DNA of 52,159 nucleotides from a virus (Duplodnaviria; Caudoviricetes): IMG/VR virus record IMGVR_UViG_3300022689_000138, positions 1 to 52,159 of that record; one strand, 5' to 3'. Shown piece by piece: positions 1 to 7,791 of this stretch (position 1 is its first letter; each line of letters starts with the position of its first letter). The notes under the pieces were generated by a model. It saw only the letters and a program-made list of their open reading frames with translations, ran no database searches and was not told where the DNA came from. The position numbers and the translations under genes were made by a program.

Positions 1-49
1 ACTACAAGCCTTTCGGCACACAACAATGTATATAAGTAATAAAATAAAA

Positions 50-259
50 CTACTTCCACATCCAATCATCACAAAATGGCGTATCATCATAGTTTACCAT
101 ATCCATAGCGTCCTCAATATTGTGTGGACAAGTCTTAGGCACATCTTCACTTCTTCTAATTATTAGTTTAAGCACGTTTCTTAAATGGCTTTCCGTCATA
201 TCATCAACATTTATCTTTTCGCCATTTTTCATAGTCCAAAAGTATTCTTTATTTTTCAT
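50..259 (-). CDS. Hypothetical phage protein (69 aa)
   Basis: ATG ORF on the same strand as its neighbours, enclosed by one pair of inverted repeat arms. Confidence 0.7.
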   Translation of the reverse strand: MKNKEYFWTMKNGEKINVDDMTESHLRNVLKLIIRRSEDVPKTCPHNIEDAMDMVNYDDTPFCDDWMWK

Positions 260-295
260 AATTCTGTTTTTTAATTTACCGTTTTATTTTACTAC

Positions 296-457
296 TCATA
301 TACAAGTACAGTTAGCATTACGAGATATAGATAATTGCTCAAGTTCTTCTACATATTCAAGCAGCTTGTTAAATTCAATTAACGCATCGGCTTTTTGATA
401 TATATTTAAATCTCTGCCTTGCATTTGAGCTTTTAAGTTTTCAATTTGTATTTTCAT
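296..457 (-). CDS. Hypothetical protein (53 aa, not in ORF track)
   Basis: Manual translation MKIQIENLKAQMQGRDLNIYQKADALIEFNKLLEYVEELEQLSISRNANCTCI; fills the gap between neighbours. Confidence 0.6.
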   Translation of the reverse strand: MKIQIENLKAQMQGRDLNIYQKADALIEFNKLLEYVEELEQLSISRNANCTCI

Positions 458-505
458 AATTCTAATTTTATGTTATTTATTCCGCAACTATCCATACCCA
501 AACCG

Positions 506-775
506 TTAGGCACAATAATACCCAACAACACGTTTTCTTTTAACTTTATCGAAATCAATTTTAAAAGCCGTTTTTGCTTTTTCTCTATTGTAAATACTGT
601 TTGCCCACTCAATATCTTTATTGACAAAATCAATAGCTTCTTTTTCAGAATTAGCAAAAACTAATCTACTATAACTTTTATTAATCTCACCTTCGTATGA
701 AGCATCATAAGCAGCTTCTATTTCTACGTTATATAAGTCCATAAAATTACTATGCCTAACAATGTGTATAAGCAA
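506..775 (-). CDS. Hypothetical protein
   Basis: ORF track; both ends lie in attC-like half-sites; true start uncertain. Confidence 0.6.
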   Translation of the reverse strand: MLIHIVRHSNFMDLYNVEIEAAYDASYEGEINKSYSRLVFANSEKEAIDFVNKDIEWANSIYNREKAKTAFKIDFDKVKRKRVVGYYCA

Positions 776-879
776 TAGCCGTTAGGCGTTTTTACTATTG
801 CAGTTGTTTAATATTTAATTTCGTTTCTATTTGCTTGGTTCGTGTAGGCTACTGCTCATACACAAACCGTTGTAGGCAA

Positions 880-1128
880 TTAAAGTGCCTTAACATAATC
901 ACCACACTTTAAGCATTTCTTCATTGCTTTACCTTGTAAAGTACCTGCATTCATATATTGATGATGGCACTTTAACTGTTTGCTTTGTTCTACAACATTG
1001 GGTAACAACAATTGCTTGTATTCGCTTGTCACATCAAGAATAAAATCAATTTTTTCTTGTTCATCATCAAAATTAGTGGTCTTTTCTAAAGCTTGTTTTA
1101 ATAATTCAATTTGTTTATTTAAGTCCAT
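880..1128 (-). CDS. Hypothetical protein with C-terminal Cys/His cluster
   Basis: ORF track; CHH...CLKC; reads through a repeat arm (LLLPNVVEQS). Confidence 0.65.
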   Translation of the reverse strand: MDLNKQIELLKQALEKTTNFDDEQEKIDFILDVTSEYKQLLLPNVVEQSKQLKCHHQYMNAGTLQGKAMKKCLKCGDYVKAL

Positions 1129-1146
1129 ATTTTTTTGTAACGTATT

Positions 1147-2010
1147 TTAAAATATATATCTTATTGTATTCCAAGGTATAATTTTATTATGTATAAATTT
1201 AAATTGACTTATAAACTTAGCTTTTAACATATATTTATATCTTATATTTTCCCCACCGTACTCAGATATCTTAGCCTCTTGAATTTCTGGGCTCCATAAT
1301 AATCTCTCAGCCTTTTCATTTTTTATTGTATTATTAATATGTTTATTTTTATTGTGTGTTAAAAAGATAACCTCTGCTTTAACCTCATCTTTATTGTCTA
1401 TATATGTATTGACATACTCAAATAATTCCTCATAGTCTTTTAACCAACCATTATACACTATAACAGGACTAAAATTTAAATGTACTTCATACCCAGCATC
1501 AATAAAACCATCTACAGCCTTGATTCGATCAAGAATGCTGGGGGTATTTGGTTCTAATAATGTAGATATTTTCTGAGGCATAAGACTAAATCTAATTCTT
1601 ACTTTTTTTTCAGGATCATAACTCAAAAATGGCTCAGGAATTATCTTAGTGGCTAAAGTTGCTTTAGCTATAGGATGTTCCTTAAAAAAATCAAATATTC
1701 TAACCCAATCATGTTTTTTATGATGTAAAGCAAAATCTTCATTGCAACTTATATCGTAAGTAATATAAGTTGGATCTGTTTGGTTTGGCTTTGGGGTTGT
1801 ATCAAAAAACGCATGGTTATTGATAGCAGTTAATATTTCATTTGTATTTTGAGCTACAGTTAGTCCTGTAGGTGTGTGTCTTTTCATGTAACAATAGAGG
1901 CAATCTAATAAGCAACCATAACCAAAAGAAGGACTGATATAGTCACTACTTCTGCCTGATTTTCTTATTAGCATAGATTTTCTTTGTATAGGTTGAACTA
2001 ATTTAACCAT
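1147..2010 (-). CDS. Spore photoproduct lyase-like radical SAM protein
   Basis: GCLLDCLYCY (CxxxCxxC) plus RIRFSLMP, R..A...F..AGYEVHLNFSPVI and C-terminal YGG.NIRY, as in SplB-family proteins. Confidence 0.8.
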   Translation of the reverse strand: MVKLVQPIQRKSMLIRKSGRSSDYISPSFGYGCLLDCLYCYMKRHTPTGLTVAQNTNEILTAINNHAFFDTTPKPNQTDPTYITYDISCNEDFALHHKKHDWVRIFDFFKEHPIAKATLATKIIPEPFLSYDPEKKVRIRFSLMPQKISTLLEPNTPSILDRIKAVDGFIDAGYEVHLNFSPVIVYNGWLKDYEELFEYVNTYIDNKDEVKAEVIFLTHNKNKHINNTIKNEKAERLLWSPEIQEAKISEYGGENIRYKYMLKAKFISQFKFIHNKIIPWNTIRYIF

Positions 2011-2158
2011 AATTTACTTTTTTAATCTCATATAATTTGCAGCTCTTTTTTTAGCTTCCGAATAAATACAATATTTACAAGGTTTTTCACATGGGGTTTT
2101 TTTGTACTTCTAATACCTTTGGTACTTTCAATGTGTTCTAAACACGGGACTTCCATAA

Positions 2159-2683
2159 TTATCTTATTATACCTAGTTCTTTTAATGTTTTAGGTTTATA
2201 ATCTACTTGCTCACAGCAAACATTTTTATATCTTTTATCTGGCGTACCCATTTTAGTATCTCTAGTTTTAGGTAATATTTCTTTAGTTACATTATACTCA
2301 TGTAAATGACCATGAATATTGTGATTAACTCTATACTCTAATTCTTGAGGATGAATGGGACAATGGGTGACAAAGATACCTTTATATTTAATTATACCAG
2401 CTACTTTGTCAACATACTTTAATAATTCAGGAACGTCTTTAGCACGATCATGATTACCTAGTATTACCCATTTTCTACCATTCATTTGGTCAAGGTAGAA
2501 ATACCATTTATTTGTTTCCATTGTAATATCACCACATATAATAGTTAAATCTCTTTTATGGACTATTTTATTATGTTCTTTTACAATATGATCATTCATT
2601 TCAAAGGGGTCATCAAACCCACGATATTTAGCTACTACAGCATGACTAAAATGATAGTCACTAATAAATCTAACTTGACTCAT
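2159..2683 (-). CDS. Calcineurin-like metallophosphoesterase
   Basis: Motifs SDYH, GD, GNHD, HCP and HGHLH in canonical order. Confidence 0.9.
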   Translation of the reverse strand: MSQVRFISDYHFSHAVVAKYRGFDDPFEMNDHIVKEHNKIVHKRDLTIICGDITMETNKWYFYLDQMNGRKWVILGNHDRAKDVPELLKYVDKVAGIIKYKGIFVTHCPIHPQELEYRVNHNIHGHLHEYNVTKEILPKTRDTKMGTPDKRYKNVCCEQVDYKPKTLKELGIIR

Positions 2684-2689
2684 TTTTTT

Positions 2690-3643
2690 TTAATTTCTTA
2701 TTGTATTATTAATAAAATTATAAACATCTTCTAACATTCTTTGATTATTTGGCTCTGGCAATTCTTTGAAATAATTAACAGCGCCGTCAAAATATAATGG
2801 AGATATAGTACCTCCACCTCCTTCACGGCCTCCAAGAATTTCTAAAAATCTAATATTATCTTTAAAAAATTTTATATCATAACCTTGATACATTGGTATT
2901 TCATGTCTAAAAGGACTAAAAACACCTAAAATAACATTAGCGTCTCTTTGTGTTAATTTACAATCACCTAAACCATCTAAAGTAGGTTTTAATCTGTTTG
3001 CTTTCATATTTTCAACAGACTCTTGTGAAGATGCTTGTTGTTGAACTACTACAGGTATATAATTAAAGTTATTTCTTAGTCTAATTAGATAGTCAGAAGA
3101 TAATTGTACAATAGATTCATGTAAATTCATTTGTCTACCATCTTTTTTTTCTGTACTAATTAAACTAATATGATCTATTATCACCATTACATATTCTTCA
3201 GAATCATTTGGTTCATAATAATCATTAACTTTTTTATTATATTTTTCTCCTGTTTTATTATTGACAAATTGAACAGTTTTTTTATGATATGTACCATTCA
3301 TTAGAGCATATTGTTCTACAAATTTAAATATACCTGTAGGGTTTCTAATATCATCAATAAATTCAACAATTTCTTCTATTTTTTTAAAGTACTTTTCATA
3401 CTTTGCAATTAAATATATAACATCGTCTGATAATATATTATCTGCTTTAGTTGATTTTAAGTCTTTAGGAGCCACTCTAATGCCTTCTTTTACATATAAT
3501 ATGTTAGAGAAAGCAGCGAGCATTTTCTCTTCTTTAGACATCTCTAAAGTAAAATAAAATATTTTCAGACGTATGTTTAGATTATTATCAATAACTTGTC
3601 TAATAGTATTATACAGAAACAGCCAATCTGTTATCTGCGTTTT
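2690..3643 (-). CDS. DnaB-like replicative helicase, exon 2 (317 aa)
   Basis: Starts KTQITD (end of Walker A); FTLEMS, Walker B VIIDH, VVVQQQ, and DGLGDCKLTQRDANVI (DnaB-like motif). Joins in frame to exon 1. Confidence 0.88.
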   Translation of the reverse strand, partial: KTQITDWLFLYNTIRQVIDNNLNIRLKIFYFTLEMSKEEKMLAAFSNILYVKEGIRVAPKDLKSTKADNILSDDVIYLIAKYEKYFKKIEEIVEFIDDIRNPTGIFKFVEQYALMNGTYHKKTVQFVNNKTGEKYNKKVNDYYEPNDSEEYVMVIIDHISLISTEKKDGRQMNLHESIVQLSSDYLIRLRNNFNYIPVVVQQQASSQESVENMKANRLKPTLDGLGDCKLTQRDANVILGVFSPFRHEIPMYQGYDIKFFKDNIRFLEILGGREGGGGTISPLYFDGAVNYFKELPEPNNQRMLEDVYNFINNTIRN

Positions 3644-4000
3644 CATTTTGTTACTTCAAGAGTACAGAACCTAACAGCTGCCATTACGCTGGTGTTTTGT
3701 GGATTTTGGTATTGAATATAATTCAAGATTCCACGCAGGGTTACTGATTTGTTCTGGCCTTATCCTAGTACTATTAACCCTTTTTCCTAGTGGGGCTATT
3801 CTCCCCTACAATCAGAGTACTCTTGAGGTGTAATCATTTCTGTTACACTCTATATGTCACCATATAGTTCGGACTATCTCTTCAACCTAATAATTACATT
3901 CATTATGACAACCGATTTTACTTTCATTAGCACAATCGCATTGTTTAGGCTGGCTCTTGTTAGTCTCTACACCGTTTTGTGAATAATATTTAAAAAAAGT

Positions 4001-4141
4001 TTAAATACCATCTCTAACACCTTTAAAATAGGTATCTCTTGAATTGTTATCAAACTCACTTATTCTATTTTTTTCAAGTAAATCTTCTATTACTTGTATA
4101 TCATCAAGTGACGGCACGGGATTGTCTTTAAAATTATACAT
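4001..4141 (-). CDS. Intron-internal small ORF (46 aa, not in ORF track)
   Basis: MYNFKDNPVPSLDDIQVIEDLLEKNRISEFDNNSRDTYFKGVRDGI; start overlaps the end of the 197-aa ORF; runs through Q/P6 and fills the L6 loop. Confidence 0.5.
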   Translation of the reverse strand: MYNFKDNPVPSLDDIQVIEDLLEKNRISEFDNNSRDTYFKGVRDGI

Positions 4142-4727
4142 TATAAAAAAAATTATTAACAGAGTTAATACCCTGTTTTTTTACATTAAGAAAATCTTTA
4201 GTACTTTTTATTTTAACTTTGTATGGAGTAAAAGAATGTCCTTCAGCCCAATATTTAATATTTTTATGATCTGTTAATCTAGAATAAAAATCACAAAATC
4301 TTTTTAATTTATTTCTATATTTAGATTTTCCATTTTTTAATAGATTTAAAAATTGTAACGCATAATTAGGATAATCAGTACTTTGATATCCTAACCTTTC
4401 AAATAAAAATCTTACTAAAGTAAGTACTAATAAGTTGAAGTAACGATTTTTAAATGCTTTGAATTCAAAGTAATTTTTTTTAATTGTTACATCTTCTAGT
4501 TTTAACATATCTACAATATATTTTATATAAAAATCTTCATATTTTTCAGTAGTTTTTACAGTAAAATCATGTATATATATTTTTTCTATATCATCAAATG
4601 AATGAGGTAAAGAACTAAAACAATTTCTATTAGTGCCTAATTGTTCTTTTTCACCATTATTAAAAATAATACCGAAATTACAATTTTTACACCATACATG
4701 TTCATTGTGCTTATTAGTTAAACTCAT
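4134..4727 (-). CDS. Intron-internal hypothetical protein (197 aa)
   Basis: ORF track; lies in the P5 loop; no nuclease motif recognised. Confidence 0.8.
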   Translation of the reverse strand: MSLTNKHNEHVWCKNCNFGIIFNNGEKEQLGTNRNCFSSLPHSFDDIEKIYIHDFTVKTTEKYEDFYIKYIVDMLKLEDVTIKKNYFEFKAFKNRYFNLLVLTLVRFLFERLGYQSTDYPNYALQFLNLLKNGKSKYRNKLKRFCDFYSRLTDHKNIKYWAEGHSFTPYKVKIKSTKDFLNVKKQGINSVNNFFYNV

Positions 4728-4729
4728 AA

Positions 4730-5053
4730 TTAAAGATTTTTAATATATAATTTTAAATCTCCAGTATTAGGATAACCTACTCTTCTTTCAAAAATATGTT
4801 TATTTTCAAATCCTAAAGATATAAGATTTTTTTCTAACATATGTTCTCCAGGAGAAACTACTGTAAATACAGCTGTTTGTCCATTACCTGTAGTAACACC
4901 TACTTCAGTATTTTTCTTTTTTTCTTCTTTTAATTGAGTTAATATATCTTTTATATCTTGTTTTGAAGTATAATTATTTACTCTACTTAGTTGACAAAAA
5001 GCACAACAATCTGTAGTTGTTTTTACAATGTTATTTTTTAATATTGTTTGCAT
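4730..5053 (-). CDS. Intron-internal hypothetical protein (107 aa)
   Basis: ORF track; lies in the P5 loop; DCCAFC motif; LISLGF weakly recalls GNAT motif B. Confidence 0.8.
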   Translation of the reverse strand: MQTILKNNIVKTTTDCCAFCQLSRVNNYTSKQDIKDILTQLKEEKKKNTEVGVTTGNGQTAVFTVVSPGEHMLEKNLISLGFENKHIFERRVGYPNTGDLKLYIKNL

Positions 5054-5090
5054 AATTTTTTTTATTTTGTTTTAATAAAGAGTTTCCCCG

Positions 5091-6203
5091 TTAGAAAGAT
5101 AATAAACTTATACCTTTATCTTCTTTTTCTTGTCTTTTTTTATGTTCTTTAATTAATTTTTTTTTTAATTTTTCAGTATAAAAAGGCACATATTTTATCT
5201 TCCCTTTTTTTTCGAGCTTTTTAACAAAAAAATATAGAAATATATTATAAGCATTAGAATATTTTAAACATTTTCTATTAGAAACTTCATTATATAAATC
5301 TGTATTATTAAAATAAATCATATTTACATATATAGTACTACTTGTATTAGGATTTATATAATCATATATTCTATTTAATTTTAAATTAAGAATATATTCA
5401 TATAAAAATTCAGCAGATTCTAACTGACACTCAATAAGATGATTAATTAAAGGAGCACGTCCTCTTTTTACAAAAAGATAAGACATAAATTGATCTTGTA
5501 TATCTTCTTTTTCTTTTTTATTAAGATTTTTAAGCTCACTAACATCTACTAAATTATCAGAGTGTCGATACGAAATAGTCTGTCCACAACAATCAGGATG
5601 TTTTTGTAATGTAAATAAAGAATATTTATCTACATAACCTATCTCATTAAGTTTTAACTTATTTGTAAATAAAAATTCAAATGTACGCGTTTCTGATTGT
5701 TTAGATGTATTACAGATTAATAAGTTTTTTAATCTATAATCTGCATTAAATTTTTCACCTGTTATTAAATTTAATTCATAAAGATAACACTCTCTTATTT
5801 TTGATATATTATGAAAATAAACTATATGTTTATTATATAAATCGTCTTCATTAATATATTTCATTTTTAAAATACTATCTTTTACTACAAGATTATTTAC
5901 ATTAGTATTAATTGAAACATTTTTTTCTTTACAGTGATTATAAATTCTCATAACATATCTTAACCGTGTTTCATTAATAAAATAATATGTTTCAGATGAT
6001 CCTTTGCCACATAACTCAAGCTCATAAGCAAAATATACTTTCTCTATAGTTCCTTTATTTTTATTAAATACATGTAAAGGTTCATTTAAATTTTGAGTTA
6101 CATGGTTATTAAAAACATCTATAAAAGAAATTTTATGTTTTATAAAATCTATTTTTACAGGTAGTTGTTTAATACTTTCTAATAAATCGTATGTTATTTC
6201 CAT
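5091..6203 (-). CDS. Intron-internal hypothetical protein (370 aa)
   Basis: ORF track; lies between P2 and P3; its stop codon overlaps the P element; DCCG motif in C-terminal half. Confidence 0.8.
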   Translation of the reverse strand: MEITYDLLESIKQLPVKIDFIKHKISFIDVFNNHVTQNLNEPLHVFNKNKGTIEKVYFAYELELCGKGSSETYYFINETRLRYVMRIYNHCKEKNVSINTNVNNLVVKDSILKMKYINEDDLYNKHIVYFHNISKIRECYLYELNLITGEKFNADYRLKNLLICNTSKQSETRTFEFLFTNKLKLNEIGYVDKYSLFTLQKHPDCCGQTISYRHSDNLVDVSELKNLNKKEKEDIQDQFMSYLFVKRGRAPLINHLIECQLESAEFLYEYILNLKLNRIYDYINPNTSSTIYVNMIYFNNTDLYNEVSNRKCLKYSNAYNIFLYFFVKKLEKKGKIKYVPFYTEKLKKKLIKEHKKRQEKEDKGISLLSF

Positions 6204-6251
6204 TTTTTTTGTTTTTACTATAATTATTACTAATTACAGGGGCAAAACTTT

Positions 6252-6416
6252 ACCCACTTTACTATTAGCTGTTATTAAATAATATCTACCTTGTTCTATT
6301 CCTGGTAATTCGTTTTCAAATCTAGGTAACCCCCAAGGTATACAATTAACTAAACCAGATAGTAATCTATCTTTACGTTCAATAATTGAGGTTTTTACTC
6401 TTTCAAATAATGCCAT
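6252..6416 (-). CDS. DnaB-like helicase, exon 1 (55 aa)
   Basis: IPWGLPRFENELPGIEQGRYYLITANSKVG matches the DnaB/RecA pre-Walker A segment; exactly 55 codons up to the predicted splice site; spliced product 372 aa. Confidence 0.88.
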
Positions 6417-6418
6417 AT

Positions 6419-6613
6419 TTATTTAAATTTGTTATTATATAACTCCTCTAAATATTTATCTAATTTTTTTTGATTAAATTTTCCTTTTATCATAAATTTT
6501 GTTTTTTCTATTCTTATTCTTCTTAGAGGTGGTATTATTATATACTTTTCAGTATAATAAATTGTTTTTTTAAACTCATCAAAACTCATAATTATACTAA
6601 TTTTGATGTCCAA
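6419..6613 (-). CDS. Hypothetical protein
   Basis: ORF track; tightly packed with neighbours. Confidence 0.6.
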   Translation of the reverse strand: MDIKISIIMSFDEFKKTIYYTEKYIIIPPLRRIRIEKTKFMIKGKFNQKKLDKYLEELYNNKFK

Positions 6614-7203
6614 TCATCGGGCTCTGCCATTTCTAACTCATCTATGTAAGCAGATAATCTAGAGGCCTCGTTTTTATGAATATCTTGTTTATATATAAAA
6701 AAGTCAGCTCTTTGTAAAAAAGTAATAGCTTTACCTTCTGTACTTAAATACAAATCAGCAGCTTTTAAAATCTCATCGAAGGTATAATCAGGATTATTTA
6801 TCATCCATCTAACTAATTTTTGAATACAATCTTTTTTTCCACCCATAGACCCAGCTTTTAAGCCACGCCATTTCTCTCTGTATTCATTAATTCTACCCTC
6901 TACTTCTAATTGAATTTGTTGTTTAGATTTTCGTAATACTTTTCTTTCTCTATAAGTACCAAATGTGTCTATTCTTAAATATTCTAATAAATTAATAGCA
7001 GTCTGTCTTAAAATAATTGTATTATCTTCTGTATTAATTTTTATAAAATTTTTATCTAATAAATTATCATATTTATATTTTTTTATTTTTATAGGCTTTT
7101 TATATATATATAAATGAACTAAAAAAATATAATCATTAAATGATAATCCCATTTGATCAAGTATTCTAAAATCTATAACACACGACTTAATAATCGGTTT
7201 CAA
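6592..7203 (-). CDS. Hypothetical protein, possibly replication-associated
   Basis: 203-aa ORF with TTG start just upstream of the helicase; function suggested by position only. Confidence 0.65.
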   Translation of the reverse strand: MKPIIKSCVIDFRILDQMGLSFNDYIFLVHLYIYKKPIKIKKYKYDNLLDKNFIKINTEDNTIILRQTAINLLEYLRIDTFGTYRERKVLRKSKQQIQLEVEGRINEYREKWRGLKAGSMGGKKDCIQKLVRWMINNPDYTFDEILKAADLYLSTEGKAITFLQRADFFIYKQDIHKNEASRLSAYIDELEMAEPDDWTSKLV

Positions 7204-7345
7204 AGTTAAGTGTGTCTAAAAAAGTATTGGCTATATCTGGGTGGACTTCTCCTATACCTTCACATGTTTTACAAATTTTTAATTTTTTTTCTAAGTAAAG
7301 AGTCTCCCCTGCACCTAAGCATTCGGGACAAATTATTTTACTCAT
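7187..7345 (-). CDS. Small DnaJ-type zinc-finger protein (52 aa, not in ORF track)
   Basis: MSKIICPECLGAGETLYLEKKLKICKTCEGIGEVHPD...; two CxxCxGxG repeats; ATGA overlap with upstream stop. Confidence 0.75.
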   Translation of the reverse strand: MSKIICPECLGAGETLYLEKKLKICKTCEGIGEVHPDIANTFLDTLNFETDY

Positions 7346-7536
7346 GACTCAAATATTTCTTTCATTGTTACTCCTTTATATTTTTTAATCGGATTTTTTA
7401 AATAGTTTACTATTTCAGAAACAGTAAATTCCTCTCCAAAATCATTTAAAACTTGATTAGCTATTTCATAAGGACATGTAAGTTTATGTTCTTCTATTAC
7501 TAAATCTATTGTAAAATAATATAATGGTTTTGTCAT
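7342..7536 (-). CDS. Hypothetical protein
   Basis: ORF track; 4-nt overlaps at both ends. Confidence 0.65.
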   Translation of the reverse strand: MTKPLYYFTIDLVIEEHKLTCPYEIANQVLNDFGEEFTVSEIVNYLKNPIKKYKGVTMKEIFES

Positions 7537-7790
7537 TTTATTTTTTTAAATTTTGGTGGGAAATACAATTGTACTTTAATACCTCCATTAGGACTAACGT
7601 ATCTATGTCCTAGTGGATAAGGTTTTTTTGCTCTCTTATATTTATGTCTATAAGCATCTTTTAATGATGCTACATATTTGTCTAAAGCTTTAAAAGAAGG
7701 AGTATCTATAAACTCTATTTTTATAGCTTCAGGTATAGAAAACATATGACCTCCATGTGGTACTTCAGTATATGTTAATTTTAATTTCAT
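7533..7790 (-). CDS. Hypothetical protein
   Basis: ORF track; directly downstream of the polymerase. Confidence 0.65.
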   Translation of the reverse strand: MKLKLTYTEVPHGGHMFSIPEAIKIEFIDTPSFKALDKYVASLKDAYRHKYKRAKKPYPLGHRYVSPNGGIKVQLYFPPKFKKIK

Positions 7791-7791
7791 A

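Larger units (their letters stand above)
18..1010. repeat. Dispersed attC-like inverted-repeat half-sites
   Basis: Left arms ACACAAC-AATGTATATAAGTA (18-38), GCCTAAC-AATGTGTATAAGCAATAGCC (754-780), CTACAAC-ATTGGGTA (990-1004). Right arms TACTCATATACA-AGTACA-GTTAGCA (293-317), TATCCATACCCA-AACC-GTTAGGC (489-511), GGCTACTGCTCATACACA-AACC-GTTGTAG (847-875). Resembles the RYYYAAC...GTTRRRY layout of attC sites. Confidence 0.55.
3644..6251 (-). mobile_element. Group I self-splicing intron (2,608 nt) with core dispersed around four internal ORFs
   Basis: 5' splice site after U (GUGGGU|AAAGUUUUGCCC; P1 with U.G wobble); P10 GUUUU/AAAAC; P2 with GUAA loop (6239-6218); P element AACGGGGAAACUCUUUA (5092-5076); Q UAAAGACAAUCCCGUGCCGU (4130-4111); R ACGGUGUAGAGACUAA (3975-3960); S AAGAGAUAGUCCGAAC (3882-3867); P9 with GUGA loop (3867-3850); terminal G at 3644. 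Confidence 0.92.

Noticed and set aside
2014-2156. Small ORF apparently frameshifted at an A7 tract (similar case at an A8 tract near 9910)
   Set aside because: Cannot separate homopolymer error, decay, slippage or chance without reads.
2690-6416. Helicase as pseudogene or split intein
   Set aside because: No intein terminal residues at the break, and the group I splice signals restore the frame exactly.
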